DNA from: an uncultured Gammaproteobacteria bacterium | GTDB lineage: Bacteria; Pseudomonadota; Gammaproteobacteria; Eutrophobiales; Eutrophobiaceae | NCBI GenBank assembly: GCA_963976795.1 | Contig: CAXBLT010000004.1 | Location: 3,979-67,978, forward strand | DNA: 64,000 bases | Direction: 5' to 3' | In this document: positions 20,348-32,979 of the stretch, piece by piece | How positions within the stretch are numbered: position 1 is the first letter of the stretch | Layout of the letters: every line of letters starts with the position of its first letter | Program-made: the position numbers and the translations under genes | Notes under the pieces: generated by a model | Told to the model about the DNA's origin: nothing | The model's input: the letters and a program-made list of their open reading frames with translations, nothing else | Database searches by the model: none

Positions 20348-21349
20348 ATGTCTAACGTCACCATGCGTGAAATGCTGGAGGCTGGTGTTCATTTTGGCCA
20401 CCAAACCCGATACTGGAACCCCAGTATGGCACCATACTTATTTGGTCAACGCAATAAAATCCATATCATCAATCTGGAAAAGACTCTGCCTTTATACGAA
20501 GAAGCTGTCAATTACGTCAGTAAAATGGCTTCTAAGAAAGGAACTATATTATTTGTTGGTACTAAGCGTTCTGCACAATCGATTGTGGCTGAAGAGGCTA
20601 AGCGCTGTGGGATGCCGTTTGTTAATCGTCGCTGGTTGGGTGGTTTACTTACTAACTTTAAAACCGTGCGGGGCTCGATCAATCGTTTAAAAGAAATCGA
20701 AGCGATGCAAACTGATGGCCGTTTTGAACGCATAAATAAAAAAGAACAACTCATGCTCAAACGAGAGTTGGATAAGCTGGAAGCTAATTTATCCGGTATT
20801 AAAGATATGAAAGGTATCCCTGACGCAATATTTATTATTGATGTGGGCTACGAAAACATTGCTGTTAGCGAAGCTGTAAAACTTGGTATACCTGTGGTAG
20901 GTGTTGTAGATAGCAATAATAGTCTCAAAGGTGTTGATTATGTCATTCCAGGGAATGATGACGCTATCCGCTCTATATCTCTTTACGCTAAAGGTATAGC
21001 CGATGCTATTCTCGATAGTCGTCAATCTGTTGCACATTTAGGTGGGGCTGAAAATAGTGATGAACTGATCGAGATTGATGAATCTGGCGCACCTGTTGAA
21101 GCTGGTGAGGAAAGCAGTACCAAGTCGAAAGTCACTAAAAAAACAGCGAAGAAAAAAGTAGCAAAGAAGGCTGAAAATAACGAGGATGGTGCCGATGCAG
21201 CGGAAGAACCCGCTTCAGACGGTACTGATACGACTAAAAAGAAGGTAGCCAAAAAGAAAACCGCTGCCAAGAAAAAGGTTGCCAAAAAAGCAGCTAAGAA
21301 AGTCAGTAAAAAAACGGCTGCAAATGCAAAAACAGAAGACGAAGAGTAA
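20348..21349 (+). CDS. rpsB: 30S ribosomal protein S2 with long Lys/Ala-rich C-terminal extension
   Basis: Canonical S2 core ([17 protein letters not shown]...) plus a tail of about 95 aa. Confidence 0.95.
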   Translation: MSNVTMREMLEAGVHFGHQTRYWNPSMAPYLFGQRNKIHIINLEKTLPLYEEAVNYVSKMASKKGTILFVGTKRSAQSIVAEEAKRCGMPFVNRRWLGGLLTNFKTVRGSINRLKEIEAMQTDGRFERINKKEQLMLKRELDKLEANLSGIKDMKGIPDAIFIIDVGYENIAVSEAVKLGIPVVGVVDSNNSLKGVDYVIPGNDDAIRSISLYAKGIADAILDSRQSVAHLGGAENSDELIEIDESGAPVEAGEESSTKSKVTKKTAKKKVAKKAENNEDGADAAEEPASDGTDTTKKKVAKKKTAAKKKVAKKAAKKVSKKTAANAKTEDEE

Positions 21350-21398
21350 CGATTAAGTTTATTAGTCATTGATTTAAAGAAATTTAGAGGAATATCTG

Positions 21399-22268
21399 AT
21401 GCAAATTACTGCCTCGTTGGTTAAAGAGCTCCGTGAACGTACAGGTGCGGGGATGATGGATTGTAAAAAGGCCTTGAATGAGGCCAATGGTGATATCGAA
21501 GTCGCGATTGAAGAGATGCGTAAATCTGGCGCAGCAAATGCGGCAAAGAAAGCAGGTCGAATTGCTGCTGAAGGCATCATTTTGGTTAAACAGAACGATA
21601 AGAGTGCCATTATTTTAGAAATTAATTGTGAAACCGATTTTGTCGCAAAAGATGAAAACTTTCTTAATTTTGCTGATAGTGTTATTGAAACTATCGATGC
21701 TCAAAGCCCTGCTGATGTTGAAGCACTGATGGGATTGAGTTTTGGCGAACAAACTATAGAAGAAGCAAATCAGCAATTAATTGCCAAGATAGGTGAAAAA
21801 ATCACTGTTAGACGATTTGAAAAAATAACTTCAGCAGGGCAAATTGGACATTATTTGCATGGTAGCCGAATAGGTGTGATTGTTGAGGTCGAGGGTGGTG
21901 ATGAAGCTATGGCAAAAGATTTGGCAATGCATATTGCTGCTAGTAAGCCAGTTTGCGTTAGCGAAGATGAAGTTTCACAAGATATTCTGGATAAAGAAAA
22001 AGAGATATTTTCAGCACAGGCTGAAGAGAGTGGTAAGCCTGCTGAGATCATTGAAAAAATGGTTACTGGTCGAATCAAGAAGTTTCTTAAAGAGATTACC
22101 TTACTCGGGCAGCCTTATGTTAAAGATCCCGATCAAACTGTAGAAAAGCTTCTAAAATCAGCAAATGCTTCCGTATTATCATTTCGTCGCTATGAAGTTG
22201 GTGAAGGCATTGAAAAGAAAGTGGATAATTTTGCAGAAGAAGTCATGTCACAGGCGAAAGGCGCTTAA
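21399..22268 (+). CDS. tsf: translation elongation factor Ts
   Basis: [25 protein letters not shown]-terminus. Confidence 0.95.
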   Translation: MQITASLVKELRERTGAGMMDCKKALNEANGDIEVAIEEMRKSGAANAAKKAGRIAAEGIILVKQNDKSAIILEINCETDFVAKDENFLNFADSVIETIDAQSPADVEALMGLSFGEQTIEEANQQLIAKIGEKITVRRFEKITSAGQIGHYLHGSRIGVIVEVEGGDEAMAKDLAMHIAASKPVCVSEDEVSQDILDKEKEIFSAQAEESGKPAEIIEKMVTGRIKKFLKEITLLGQPYVKDPDQTVEKLLKSANASVLSFRRYEVGEGIEKKVDNFAEEVMSQAKGA

Positions 22269-22272
22269 ATAG

Positions 22273-23004
22273 ATGTCCTCCCCGTCCAACGCATTAAAAT
22301 ATAGACGGGTATTATTAAAACTCAGTGGTGAGGCATTGATGGGAGATGAGTCCTATGGCATTGATCCCAATGTAATTGAGCGTATTGCAGGAGAAATCGC
22401 TGACTTATGTCAGCAAGGTGCCGAGATTGCCATTGTTATCGGTGGCGGTAACATCTTCAGAGGGACAGGTCTGGCTGCCGCTGGCATAGACCGTGTTACC
22501 GGTGATCATATGGGCATGTTAGCAACGATAATGAATTCGCTTGCCATGCAAGATGCGCTTGAGCGCGTTCAACTACACGCCAGAGTCATGTCGGCGCTAA
22601 AAATAAACCAGGTCTGCGAAGACTATATCCGTCGTCGAGCTGTACGCCATCTTGAAAAAGGGCGCGTTGTTATTCTTGCAGCCGGAACCGGCAATCCTTT
22701 TTTCACAACAGACTCTGCCGCCAGTTTACGCGCTATTGAGATCGGTGCTGAATTGTTAATCAAGGCGACTAAAGTGGATGGCGTTTATTCTGCCGATCCA
22801 GTGCAAGATAAAAATGCAGTGCGTTATGATTCGTTGAATTATGATGAAGTGATCGAACGAAAACTGGGGGTTATGGATACCACAGCCGTTGTGCTTTGCA
22901 GGGATAATCAAATGCCATTAAGAGTTTTAGATATGACTAAACCCGGTGCATTGTTGAATGCAGCCAGAGGCGAAGACGAAGGTACTCTGGTTAGTAATAA
23001 CTAG
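22273..23004 (+). CDS. pyrH: UMP kinase
   Basis: [13 protein letters not shown], amino-acid kinase fold. Confidence 0.95.
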   Translation: MSSPSNALKYRRVLLKLSGEALMGDESYGIDPNVIERIAGEIADLCQQGAEIAIVIGGGNIFRGTGLAAAGIDRVTGDHMGMLATIMNSLAMQDALERVQLHARVMSALKINQVCEDYIRRRAVRHLEKGRVVILAAGTGNPFFTTDSAASLRAIEIGAELLIKATKVDGVYSADPVQDKNAVRYDSLNYDEVIERKLGVMDTTAVVLCRDNQMPLRVLDMTKPGALLNAARGEDEGTLVSNN

Positions 23005-23022
23005 TATTTAGGAGCGAGTAGT

Positions 23023-23580
23023 ATGGTTGAAGATATTATCAGTGATGCAAAATCTAGAATGCTTAAAAGCATTGAGTCACTAAAAGTGGAAATGTCCAAG
23101 ATAAGAACAGGTCGTGCTCATCCTAGTCTTTTAGAGCAAGTAAAAGTCAGTTATTACGGTTCGGACACTCCCTTGAATCAGGTAGCGAGTGTTAACGTTG
23201 TTGATGCCAGAACGCTTGGGATAAGCGCCTATGAAAAGTCTAGTATTCCCGATATAGAAAAAGCAATTATGAATGCCAATTTGGGATTGAATCCAGTAAC
23301 GGCAGGTGAAGTGATTCGTGTCCCTCTGCCACCATTGACTGAAGAAAGGCGTAAAGATTTGATTAAAGTTGTTCGTGGCGAGGCGGAACAGGCTCGCGTT
23401 GCCATTCGTAATATTAGACGTGATGCCAATTCTTCATGTAAAGAGTTAGTCAAAGAAAAAATGATCACGGAAGATGATGAAAGAAAAGCGGAAGGCCGTA
23501 TTCAAAAATTAACGGATGAACATATTGCGCTGATTGATAAAAGTCTGGAGCAAAAAGAAGCAGAGATGCTTGAAATTTAG
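23023..23580 (+). CDS. frr: ribosome recycling factor
   Basis: 185 aa, canonical RRF sequence. Confidence 0.95.
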   Translation: MVEDIISDAKSRMLKSIESLKVEMSKIRTGRAHPSLLEQVKVSYYGSDTPLNQVASVNVVDARTLGISAYEKSSIPDIEKAIMNANLGLNPVTAGEVIRVPLPPLTEERRKDLIKVVRGEAEQARVAIRNIRRDANSSCKELVKEKMITEDDERKAEGRIQKLTDEHIALIDKSLEQKEAEMLEI

Positions 23581-23660
23581 AACGTTCAATAATTTACGTG
23601 ACATCCAGCCCATTTAAACCCCGGATATTTTCTCTCAATAGTCAGATAGCTCATTATTAG

Positions 23661-24413
23661 ATGACTGCTACTCCCATACTTACTAAGCCTGCACATGTTG
23701 CAATTATCATGGATGGCAATGGCAGGTGGGCAAAGTCAAGAAGTCTGCCTCGTGTCGCGGGTCATCGTGCTGGAGTAAAAACGCTTAGAAAACTCATCGA
23801 GTATTCGGTCAAAATCAAACTAGATGCCATTACAGTTTATGCTTTTAGTCGTGAAAATTGGCAGAGACCTGAAAGTGAGGTCGATTTATTAATGGACCTA
23901 TTTATCTCGGCGTTGAATTCAGAAGTAAAAGATTTGGATAAGAATAATGTCAAGTTGAGGTTTATTGGAGATCGTTCGGCATTTAGTAGCAAACTACAAA
24001 ACTCAATTAATGAATCTGAATTATTAACGTCCACCAATAGTGGTTTGTGTCTAAATATTGCCGCTAATTATAGTGGTCGTTGGGATATCGTTCAGGCTTA
24101 TCAGGCGCTTGCTAAAGAAATTGAGTCTAATTTAATATCTATTAAGGATATTGATGAAACGCTTGTCAGTGATAAATTATCCTTAGCAGATATCAAGGAC
24201 CCGGATCTCTTCATTCGAACTGGTGGAGAACAACGGATTAGTAATTATTTATTGTGGCAAGCAGCATACACAGAACTTTATTTTACCGAGACACTGTGGC
24301 CAGACTTTGATGCAAAGCAATTTGATATAGCAATAGATTGGTTCTCTAAGCGACAACGGCGTTTCGGTAAAACCCCGGAACAAATTGAACAGGCGCTGAA
24401 CACTAATAAATAA
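23661..24413 (+). CDS. uppS: di-trans,poly-cis-undecaprenyl-diphosphate synthase
   Basis: HVAIIMDGNGRWA and ISNYLLWQAAYTELYF motifs. Confidence 0.95.
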   Translation: MTATPILTKPAHVAIIMDGNGRWAKSRSLPRVAGHRAGVKTLRKLIEYSVKIKLDAITVYAFSRENWQRPESEVDLLMDLFISALNSEVKDLDKNNVKLRFIGDRSAFSSKLQNSINESELLTSTNSGLCLNIAANYSGRWDIVQAYQALAKEIESNLISIKDIDETLVSDKLSLADIKDPDLFIRTGGEQRISNYLLWQAAYTELYFTETLWPDFDAKQFDIAIDWFSKRQRRFGKTPEQIEQALNTNK

Positions 24414-24416
24414 AAA

Positions 24417-25238
24417 ATGCTTAAACAAAGAATCATAACGGCAACAATACTAATACCCGTTGTAATAATGGCTATTTTTTTGTTCGATACATTATGGTTT
24501 TCGGCTGCATTTGCTCTGTTTGTTGCTATAGGCGCCTGGGAATGGGCGGGTCTATGTAAATTAAATAAAAAACATCAATATTTCTATAGTTTGATTAATG
24601 TACTGATTTTAGTGGTTTTGTACGTGGCGAATAATGGTGGCATATATAATAGTGTCATTTTCAGCGGTGTGATTTATTGGCTCATAGCGGTTGTTTTGGT
24701 TGTTTTATATCAAAAACAACATAGTTTATTGTCTAAATCATCACTGGTTTTGCTTATCGTGGGACTCTTGTTGCTTATTCCAATGTGGGCAAGTTTAACC
24801 GTTTTGAAGTCTTTTCCAGAGAATGGAGCTGCACTAATAATGTTTCTCATGTTGCTCGTCTGGGGTGCTGATACAGGGGCCTATTTTGTGGGTAAAAAGT
24901 GGGGTAAACGACGCCTCGCAAGTCGAGTTAGCCCTGGAAAAACATGGGAAGGTAGCTTCGGCGGTGTTGTCGCGGGGATTGCTATAGCATCGGCATATGT
25001 TATTGTTTCGGGCTTACCATTAAGTGTTGGTATAGCATTAGTTGGTCTCTCTATTTTGACAGTCTTGATATCTATAATCGGCGATTTAATGGAGAGCATG
25101 GTGAAGCGTGAAGCAGGTATTAAGGATAGCGGATCTATTTTACCTGGCCATGGTGGGGTGATGGACAGAATAGACAGTTTAACTGCTGCGGCTCCAGTGT
25201 TTGTTTTTGGTGTTGTACATTTAGGTATTGGAATATGA
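24417..25238 (+). CDS. cdsA: phosphatidate cytidylyltransferase
   Basis: Polytopic protein with SxxKRxxGxKDxxxxxPGHGGxxDRxDS signature. Confidence 0.95.
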   Translation: MLKQRIITATILIPVVIMAIFLFDTLWFSAAFALFVAIGAWEWAGLCKLNKKHQYFYSLINVLILVVLYVANNGGIYNSVIFSGVIYWLIAVVLVVLYQKQHSLLSKSSLVLLIVGLLLLIPMWASLTVLKSFPENGAALIMFLMLLVWGADTGAYFVGKKWGKRRLASRVSPGKTWEGSFGGVVAGIAIASAYVIVSGLPLSVGIALVGLSILTVLISIIGDLMESMVKREAGIKDSGSILPGHGGVMDRIDSLTAAAPVFVFGVVHLGIGI

Positions 25239-26416
25239 AAGGTATTACGGTTCTTGGTTCAACAGGTAGCATCGGTGTTAACACGCTGGATGTTATCTCA
25301 CGCCACGCGGATAAATATAAGGTTAAGGCATTAACGGCAAACACAAATGTCGATGTATTACGCGAACAGTGTATAGCACATCAACCTGAATTTGCGGTTA
25401 TGGTGGATGATGATTCAGCGTCGCGATTGCAACAAGAGTTAAAGAATCTAGCACCAGATGTGACAGTACTCAGCGGTGTGAGTGGATTGCTAAAAGTGGT
25501 GGCACTTTTTGATGTTGATTATGTGATGGCCGCGATAGTTGGTGCGGCAGGATTATTGCCTACACTTGATGCTGCAAAAGCTGGAAAACGCGTGTTGCTT
25601 GCTAATAAAGAAGCCCTGGTTATGTCAGGCAAATTATTTATGGACACTGTTCAGGAAAATAATGCTGAACTATTGCCTATTGATAGTGAACATAATGCAA
25701 TTTTTCAATGTATGCCGGTTGATTTTAGTGCAGGGTTTGAAAAACAGGGCGTTAAGAGAATATTACTTACTGCGTCAGGCGGGCCATTTCGAACTACGCC
25801 GTTAGAACAACTTTCTTCTATGTCTCCAGAACAGGCCTGTGCACATCCAAACTGGGTCATGGGCAGAAAAATATCAGTCGATTCTGCGACAATGATGAAT
25901 AAAGGGTTAGAAGTCATAGAGGCCTGCTGGTTGTTTCATACTCAGACAGCATTTATACAGGTGGTTATCCATCCTCAAAGCGTTATACATTCTTTGGTCG
26001 AATATAATGACGGTTCGGTATTAGCACAGTTGGGTAATCCGGATATGCGAACACCTATTGCTTATGGCCTAGCCTGGCCAAACAGGATTGATGCTGGTGT
26101 CGAAAGACTTGATTTATTTGATATCGCACAGCTTGATTTCGCAAAGCCAGATGAACAACGCTTTCCTTGTTTAAGGCTAGCGCGTGAAGCTATGGAACAA
26201 GGCGGGACGAGTAGTGCAATATTAAATGCGGCTAATGAAGTCGCTGTGAATGAATTCTTGAATAAACGACTTCGGTTTACGGACATTGCCCGTGTCATTG
26301 AAACAGTCCTGGGAAGTGTCACTCGTAACCAAGCAACTTCTCTTGATGTCATCCTTAAAGATGATCAATCAGCAAGAGATTACGCGTTAATGGCGATTAG
26401 TGATCTAGCTGCATGA
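25235..26416 (+). CDS. dxr: 1-deoxy-D-xylulose 5-phosphate reductoisomerase
   Basis: [12 protein letters not shown]-terminus, LANKE, NKGLE motifs. Confidence 0.95.
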   Translation: MKGITVLGSTGSIGVNTLDVISRHADKYKVKALTANTNVDVLREQCIAHQPEFAVMVDDDSASRLQQELKNLAPDVTVLSGVSGLLKVVALFDVDYVMAAIVGAAGLLPTLDAAKAGKRVLLANKEALVMSGKLFMDTVQENNAELLPIDSEHNAIFQCMPVDFSAGFEKQGVKRILLTASGGPFRTTPLEQLSSMSPEQACAHPNWVMGRKISVDSATMMNKGLEVIEACWLFHTQTAFIQVVIHPQSVIHSLVEYNDGSVLAQLGNPDMRTPIAYGLAWPNRIDAGVERLDLFDIAQLDFAKPDEQRFPCLRLAREAMEQGGTSSAILNAANEVAVNEFLNKRLRFTDIARVIETVLGSVTRNQATSLDVILKDDQSARDYALMAISDLAA

Positions 26417-27780
26417 TCGATATTTTACAATCAATAGCTGCATTTATCGTTGCCCTTGGAGTATTAATTACCTTTCATGAGTTTGGTCACTATTGGGTGG
26501 CTAAGTGTTTTGACGTAAAAATTCTACGGTTTTCAATCGGTTTTGGCCGAACGATATATAAAAAACATTTTGGGCAAGATAACACTGAGTTTGTTGTCGC
26601 AGCATTACCCTTGGGTGGCTATGTAAAGATGCTGGATGAGCGAGAAGGAGAGGTAAAGGCAGACGAATTGCCGCGCTCGTTTAATTACAAGCCCTTATGG
26701 CAACGGTTCGCTATCGTTTCAGCGGGCCCAGTTTTTAATTTTATCTTTGCAGTGTTCGCTTACTGGATAATATTTGTTGTTGGCGTAAACGGCTTAAAAC
26801 CGATCATTGGAGAAATTGAACCCGCGTCGATTAGTGACATTGCCGGTTTGAAAGCAGGGCAGGAAATTGTTTCCATTAACAATACTCAAACATTAACGTG
26901 GTCTACGGTGATAGATATGTTAGTTAACCATACTGTTAATCGCGATATGATAAATTTAGTTGTCGTTGACAATAATGATGTGCAACAACATGTAAACATT
27001 GACCTGTCCCAAATTACAATAGATGAGATGGCGGAAGGCAAGTTACTTAAAGCCCTGGGCTTAAGTGTCATTAAATTAAAGCTTCCTGCAGTTATCGGTG
27101 AAATCCTGCCAGGTGGTGCGGCTGAAAAAAGTGGTTTACGCCAACGTGATGAGATAGTGAGTGTTAACGGGATTACGACACAATCATGGAGTCAATGGGT
27201 TGAATTTGTTCGTAACAACCCAGGTAATAACCTCAGTGTTGAGGTGCTGCGAGATGATAGTCACCTTAAGATTGACCTAGTTCCTGATAGCGTTCAAGCC
27301 GATGGAAAGACTATTGGACGCATAGGCGCTGCAGCCTATGTTATTGAAGGACTGTTTGATTCATATTTCGTGATTGAGTCTTATCCAATGCCATATGCTT
27401 TTTTAAAGTCAATAAAAAAGACTTGGGAAATGTCAGTGCTAACTCTTCGCGTACTTGGTAGAATGCTGGTTGGTGATGCATCGGTGAAAAACTTAAGTGG
27501 CCCGATTAGTATCGCGCAATATGCAGGACAATCTGCTGGCATAGGACTACTTGCTTTTTTTAGTTTTATGGCCATAGTAAGCATCAGTTTAGGGGTGCTT
27601 AATTTGTTGCCGGTACCACTACTGGATGGCGGACACTTAATGTATTACCTTATAGAGGCTGTAATAGGGAAACCAGTTTCTGAGGCGACGCAAATGCTTG
27701 GGCAACAGGTAGGAATAGTCTTGTTGTTAGGGTTAATGAGTATTGCTTTTTACAATGATGTTATCCGCTTATTAGGGTAA
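26413..27780 (+). CDS. rseP: RIP site-2 zinc metalloprotease RseP
   Basis: HEFGH motif, two PDZ domains, NLLPxPxLDGG motif. Confidence 0.95.
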   Translation: MIDILQSIAAFIVALGVLITFHEFGHYWVAKCFDVKILRFSIGFGRTIYKKHFGQDNTEFVVAALPLGGYVKMLDEREGEVKADELPRSFNYKPLWQRFAIVSAGPVFNFIFAVFAYWIIFVVGVNGLKPIIGEIEPASISDIAGLKAGQEIVSINNTQTLTWSTVIDMLVNHTVNRDMINLVVVDNNDVQQHVNIDLSQITIDEMAEGKLLKALGLSVIKLKLPAVIGEILPGGAAEKSGLRQRDEIVSVNGITTQSWSQWVEFVRNNPGNNLSVEVLRDDSHLKIDLVPDSVQADGKTIGRIGAAAYVIEGLFDSYFVIESYPMPYAFLKSIKKTWEMSVLTLRVLGRMLVGDASVKNLSGPISIAQYAGQSAGIGLLAFFSFMAIVSISLGVLNLLPVPLLDGGHLMYYLIEAVIGKPVSEATQMLGQQVGIVLLLGLMSIAFYNDVIRLLG

Positions 27781-27809
27781 ACACACTAAAAATAATAAAT
27801 AACAGTCAT

Positions 27810-30113
27810 ATGCGATTCATAGTTAATAAAATACTTTATGTTTTAGCACTGTCATTAGTACTACTTGCACAACCGCAGGCAGCGCAAGAATTCGTTATTC
27901 AAGATATTCGTGTTGAAGGATTGGAGCGAATCAGCCCAGGAACGGTTTTTAATTATCTGCCAATGAAGGTGGGTGATACTTTTGATGATTCGCGTTCATC
28001 TGAAGCAGTTAAAGCATTATTTAAAACCGGGTTTTTCGAAGATGTAAAACTCGAAAGAGATGGTAATAACCTGATCCTTATTTTCAAAGAACGCCCCTCT
28101 ATCGGCTCCATTACGATGACAGGTAATGAGGATATAGAAACGGATGAATTACTAGAAAACCTTAAACAATTTGGGTTTGCGGAAGGCCGAGTCTTTGTGC
28201 AGTCTACATTGGATCAGGTTAAACAGGAGTTACAGCGACAATATTATTCAAATGGGAAATATGCAGTCAAAATTAATTCAACCGTTACTGATCTCGACAA
28301 TAACCGTGTTGGAATTTTAATCGATGTCTCAGAAGGGCTTGCAGCCAAGATTAAGAAGATAAATATTGTAGGAAACACGGTCTATACTGAAAAGAGATTA
28401 TTGAAAGAATTTAAATTAAGCACTCCAAATTTATTATCGTTCTATACGAACAATGACCAATATTCGAAACAAAAACTATCCGGTGACCTGGAAGCATTGC
28501 GTTCATATTATCTGGATGGCGGTTTTCTAAATTTTAATGTCGATTCAACACAGGTCTCGATAACACCTGACAAAAGAGATATTTATATCACAATCAATGT
28601 AACAGAAGGTGAGCAATATACTGTTACGGAAGTAAAACTTGCGGGTGATTACATCCTGCCAGAAGAAAGCCTTTTTGAGTTAATTTCCATTGAATCCGGA
28701 AAACTATTCTCGCGTAAAAAAATAACTGATAGTAGTAAATTGCTGACCGAACGATTAGGACAGGAAGGCTATTCTTTTGCCAATGTTAATTCGATACCCG
28801 AGATTGATAAAGAAGCAAAGACGGTGTCTATAACGTTTTTTGTGGACCCGGGTAAACGCGTCTATGTCAGGCGAATTAATTTTACTGGAAATGCAAAAAC
28901 AAAAGATGTGGTATTAAGACGTGAAATGCGCCAGCAGGAAGGTGCCTGGATCTCGACTACACAAGTTGAAAGAGGTAAGCAACGGTTGCAAAGAACGGGG
29001 TATTTTGAAGACGTTAATGTTGAAACTCCTGCTGTCGCCGGAACTACCGATCAGGTTGATGTTAATTATACTGTTGAGGAACGTTCAGGAGGTCAACTGG
29101 GCGCAGGTATTGGTTTCTCTCAAACTCAAGGACTCATATTTAATACCACTATTTCTCAAACCAATATTTTTGGCACGGGTAACAGGCTTAATTTTCAGTT
29201 TAATAATAGTGATGTTAATACGCGTTATGGTTTAGGTTATTCAAACCCCTATTTTACAGATGATGGTATTGGCAGTGCGTATGATGTTTTTTATCGTGAG
29301 ACGAATGCAGAAGATGCCAACCTGGCAATCTTTGAAACGAAAGAATATGGTGCATCATTTGGCTTATCTATTCCCGTTACTGAGCATAATACTATAGGGA
29401 CTTCATTTGGATACACGAATACAGAGATTAAAACAAGTGTCGGTACCTCATCCCAAATTACAAATTTTATAGCTAGTAATGGCAGCCAATACGATATCTT
29501 GAAATTTGGAGTCAATTTTTCATATGACACAAGGAACAAGGCTGTCTTACCGGATAAGGGCGCTCTGCAGCGCATAAACGCATCAATTGCACTACCTAGC
29601 TTTGGCAACTCTCTTGAGTACTATAAGCTTAATTATGAGGCCAAGTGGTTTAAGGATCTGTATAACGAAGATTTTGTCCTGGTGTTAGGTGGCAAGTTTG
29701 GTTACGGTGAAAGTTATGGTGATACGACAGAACTACCCTTCTTTGAAAACTTCTACGCTGGTGGCCCGCGAACACTCAGAGGCTATGAAGAGAATACATT
29801 AGGGCCAAGGGATTCTACTAATCGTGCACTAGGGGGTGACACGAGAATTCTTGCTAACGCGGAGGTCATTTTACCGGTTCCTTTTCTGACTAGTTATAAA
29901 AAATCCGTCAGGCTGACCACTTTTGTTGATGCCGGTAATGTGTTCGGTAGCAATCAAGATGTGTCACTAAGCGATATGCGTTATTCTGCTGGATTGAGTG
30001 CCATATGGATTTCACCGTTTGGTGCTGTTAGTGCTAGCATAGCAATGCCTTTTGGAGATGAAAGTACTGATGAAATACAAAATTTCCAATTCAATTTTGG
30101 GACAGCATTTTAG
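27810..30113 (+). CDS. bamA: outer membrane protein assembly factor BamA
   Basis: Signal peptide, POTRA repeats, C-terminal beta-barrel ending FQFNFGTAF. Confidence 0.95.
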   Translation: MRFIVNKILYVLALSLVLLAQPQAAQEFVIQDIRVEGLERISPGTVFNYLPMKVGDTFDDSRSSEAVKALFKTGFFEDVKLERDGNNLILIFKERPSIGSITMTGNEDIETDELLENLKQFGFAEGRVFVQSTLDQVKQELQRQYYSNGKYAVKINSTVTDLDNNRVGILIDVSEGLAAKIKKINIVGNTVYTEKRLLKEFKLSTPNLLSFYTNNDQYSKQKLSGDLEALRSYYLDGGFLNFNVDSTQVSITPDKRDIYITINVTEGEQYTVTEVKLAGDYILPEESLFELISIESGKLFSRKKITDSSKLLTERLGQEGYSFANVNSIPEIDKEAKTVSITFFVDPGKRVYVRRINFTGNAKTKDVVLRREMRQQEGAWISTTQVERGKQRLQRTGYFEDVNVETPAVAGTTDQVDVNYTVEERSGGQLGAGIGFSQTQGLIFNTTISQTNIFGTGNRLNFQFNNSDVNTRYGLGYSNPYFTDDGIGSAYDVFYRETNAEDANLAIFETKEYGASFGLSIPVTEHNTIGTSFGYTNTEIKTSVGTSSQITNFIASNGSQYDILKFGVNFSYDTRNKAVLPDKGALQRINASIALPSFGNSLEYYKLNYEAKWFKDLYNEDFVLVLGGKFGYGESYGDTTELPFFENFYAGGPRTLRGYEENTLGPRDSTNRALGGDTRILANAEVILPVPFLTSYKKSVRLTTFVDAGNVFGSNQDVSLSDMRYSAGLSAIWISPFGAVSASIAMPFGDESTDEIQNFQFNFGTAF

Positions 30114-30143
30114 TAATTTTAGTAATTTTGGAGTTTAAAGTTA

Positions 30144-30671
30144 ATGAATACCTTGTTTAGAACAGTTATTTCGACCGCAGCATTTTTGGCACTTACAACA
30201 TCTTTCGCAAACGCTGAAGAGACTTACAAAATAGGGGCTGTTAATGCAAACCGAATATTGCAAGAGTCACCTCAAGCTGAAGCAGCGATAAAGATGCTGG
30301 AAAAAGAATTTTCTCCTCGTGATAAAGGGCTTTTGGCGGCACAAAAAAAGATTAAAGCGCTTGAGGACAAGTTTAATAAAGATCGCGCTATTATGAGCGA
30401 GCAAGAACGTGCAAAACTAGAAAGAGAGGTTATCGCACAGCAACGTGATCTCAAACGTGATCAGGATGAGTTCAGAGAAGATCTGAATTTTCGACGTAAT
30501 GAAGAATTTGGTAAAATTCAAAAACGCGTTGTTGTCGCTATTCAGAAGATAGCAAAAGAGAACAACTATGATGTTATTTTGGGTGAAGGCGTTATCTTTG
30601 CTAGCTCGAAGGTTGATATAAGTGGACTAGTCATTGATTATCTTAAAAAGGAAGTTAACACTGCTCCATAA
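30144..30671 (+). CDS. skp: periplasmic chaperone Skp (OmpH)
   Basis: 175 aa, signal peptide, coiled-coil, position between bamA and lpxD. Confidence 0.9.
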   Translation: MNTLFRTVISTAAFLALTTSFANAEETYKIGAVNANRILQESPQAEAAIKMLEKEFSPRDKGLLAAQKKIKALEDKFNKDRAIMSEQERAKLEREVIAQQRDLKRDQDEFREDLNFRRNEEFGKIQKRVVVAIQKIAKENNYDVILGEGVIFASSKVDISGLVIDYLKKEVNTAP

Positions 30672-30697
30672 TAAGTCAAAATAACGAGTAATGTTGT

Positions 30698-31702
30698 ATG
30701 TCAACCACCCTTGGAGAATTGTCAGACATAAGTGGTGCTAGGCTAGTTGGGGATTCTGAGTGTGTTATTACTGCGGTAAATACACTGAGTTTGGCTCAAA
30801 AAGATGAAATTTCTTTTTTATCAAACAGGCATTACGCACATCTATTACTGCAAACAAAGGCTTCAGCTGTCATTTTAGCTGAAGCCGATTTAAAAAACTG
30901 TCCAACAAATGCGCTCGTAAGCAATGAGCCATATTTAGTATATGCGAAGATTGCGAATCATCTGTACCCTGTAAAACGGCAGACTGGCGCTATTGATGAA
31001 CATGCGGTTATAGGCCAAAAATGTAGTATCGATAGCTCATCGACCATCTCTGCAAATGTTGTTATTGGCGACAATGTCGTTATTAATGCAGGAGTATTTA
31101 TTGGGCCAGGCTGTGTCATTGCTGAAAATGTTTGCATTGACAAAAACACAATATTATACGCAAACGTAACTGTATGCTGTGATGTCACTATCGGAAAAAA
31201 TGTTATTCTTCATCCAGGAGTTGTAATTGGTGCTGATGGTTTTGGTCTTGCACAAGAGAATGGATGCTGGTTGAAGATTCCTCAGGTTGGTTCTGTTTCT
31301 ATTGGTGACAATGTTGAAGTTGGGGCAAATTCAACAATTGATAGAGGTGCGATAGGGAATACGATTATTTGTAGTGGTGTGAAGATCGATAATCAAGTTC
31401 AGATTGGTCACAACGCATTTGTCGGTGAAGATACAGCAATTGCCGGATGTGTAGCGCTCGCAGGAAGCGCCAGAATAGGGAAGAGGTGTCAGATTGGTGG
31501 GGCCAGTAGTATTAATGGTCATATAGAGATAGCAGATGATGTTATTATTACCGGGATGTCTGGGGTAGCAAACTCTATTAAATCACAAGGTGTTTATTCT
31601 TCTGCTATCCCGGTAACAGACAATAAGATCTGGAAAAGAAATATAATACGATTCAAGAACCTGGATGAAATAATAAAAAATATAATGTTTAAGTTGGGAT
31701 AA
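30698..31702 (+). CDS. lpxD: UDP-3-O-acylglucosamine N-acyltransferase
   Basis: Hexapeptide-repeat LbH fold, synteny. Confidence 0.95.
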   Translation: MSTTLGELSDISGARLVGDSECVITAVNTLSLAQKDEISFLSNRHYAHLLLQTKASAVILAEADLKNCPTNALVSNEPYLVYAKIANHLYPVKRQTGAIDEHAVIGQKCSIDSSSTISANVVIGDNVVINAGVFIGPGCVIAENVCIDKNTILYANVTVCCDVTIGKNVILHPGVVIGADGFGLAQENGCWLKIPQVGSVSIGDNVEVGANSTIDRGAIGNTIICSGVKIDNQVQIGHNAFVGEDTAIAGCVALAGSARIGKRCQIGGASSINGHIEIADDVIITGMSGVANSIKSQGVYSSAIPVTDNKIWKRNIIRFKNLDEIIKNIMFKLG

Positions 31703-31715
31703 TGATGGACTATAT

Positions 31716-32165
31716 ATGCAAGACACTATGGTTGATATAGAAAAAATCAAGACTTTATTGCCACACCGCTATCCATTTTTGTTGATTGACCGTGTGCTTG
31801 AAGTAGAAAAGGGACAACATATAAAGGCATTAAAAAATATAACGGTCAATGAACCCTTTTTTCAAGGACATTTTCCTAGTAAATCGGTTATGCCAGGTGT
31901 GTTAATCATCGAAGCATTGGCGCAAGCTGCAGGCTTGCTTGGCGCGTTAGGTTTTGAAGAAGGAGATATAACCGAAGATAGTTTGTTTTACCTGGTAGGT
32001 ATCGATAAAGTTCGTTTCAGGAAACCAGCTGGACCGGGAGATCAATTAATTCTAGACGTCAAGTTCCTCGCATTAAAAAGGAACATTTGGAAATTTCATG
32101 CTTCTGCATATGTGGATTCACAATTAATAACATCAGCAGAGCTTTTAACTACTGTCATGGAATAA
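31716..32165 (+). CDS. fabZ: 3-hydroxyacyl-ACP dehydratase
   Basis: [20 protein letters not shown] motifs. Confidence 0.95.
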   Translation: MQDTMVDIEKIKTLLPHRYPFLLIDRVLEVEKGQHIKALKNITVNEPFFQGHFPSKSVMPGVLIIEALAQAAGLLGALGFEEGDITEDSLFYLVGIDKVRFRKPAGPGDQLILDVKFLALKRNIWKFHASAYVDSQLITSAELLTTVME

Positions 32166-32169
32166 GTCC

Positions 32170-32943
32170 ATGATAGACGCTACAGCTATTGTCCATCCCG
32201 ATGCCATTTTAGACTCAAATGTAAGTATAGGACCCTATTCAATAATAGGAGAAAATGTCTCAATTGGATCGGGCTCTGTTATTGGTTCGCATGTTGTTAT
32301 CAAGGGCACAACAAAAATTGGTCCAGATAACAAGATCTTTCATTTTTGTTCTATCGGTGAAGACCCCCAGGATAAAAAATATATAAAAGAAAAAAACTCA
32401 ACTCTGGAAATAGGTGCAGGGAATACAATACGTGAATATGTCTCAATAAACCGCGGCACTAATGATGGTGGTGGAAAAACAATTATTGGTGATAATAACT
32501 GGATTATGGCGTATGTACATATTGCCCATGATTGCATTGTAGGTAACGAGGCTGTCTTTGCTAACAATGTGACTTTAGCCGGTCATGTGATTATTGATGA
32601 TTTTGTTATTCTTGGGGGGTTTACTGGAGTGCATCAGTTTTGCCGTGTTGGCAGTTATAGTTTCTCTGCTATTTCATCAGTCATAGTTAAAGATGTTCCT
32701 CCATACGTTCTAGTGTCCGGTAATTCAGCAAAGCCGTCGGGACTAAACCGGGAAGGTTTAAAAAGGCATGGGTTTGATTCAGACACGATTAATATATTAC
32801 GCAAGGCTTACAAAGCAATTTATCGAGATGGGTTAGTTTTGAAAGATGCATTAAAGGTACTATCAAACTTAGCTTCCGAATCAGATAAAGTTGAATTAAT
32901 GCATGCATTCATTGCTTCTTCCCAACGCGGAATCGTTAGATGA
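32170..32943 (+). CDS. lpxA: acyl-ACP--UDP-N-acetylglucosamine O-acyltransferase
   Basis: LbH repeats, synteny. Confidence 0.95.
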   Translation: MIDATAIVHPDAILDSNVSIGPYSIIGENVSIGSGSVIGSHVVIKGTTKIGPDNKIFHFCSIGEDPQDKKYIKEKNSTLEIGAGNTIREYVSINRGTNDGGGKTIIGDNNWIMAYVHIAHDCIVGNEAVFANNVTLAGHVIIDDFVILGGFTGVHQFCRVGSYSFSAISSVIVKDVPPYVLVSGNSAKPSGLNREGLKRHGFDSDTINILRKAYKAIYRDGLVLKDALKVLSNLASESDKVELMHAFIASSQRGIVR

Positions 32944-32979
32944 TACTGTTTTCTACTACAACTGCATCAAGATAATTCA

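Noticed and set aside
21022-21369. A 115-aa minus-strand ORF. Many similar 60-130-aa ORFs lie antisense to or inside large genes, for example 590-868, 1391-1612, 11620-11946, 16889-17257, 20313-20690, 21374-21610, 28921-29235, 33423-33752, 54186-54584 and 59635-60085.
   Set aside because: All are embedded in, or antisense to, confidently identified genes. They lack RBSs and have the low-complexity composition typical of shadow frames.
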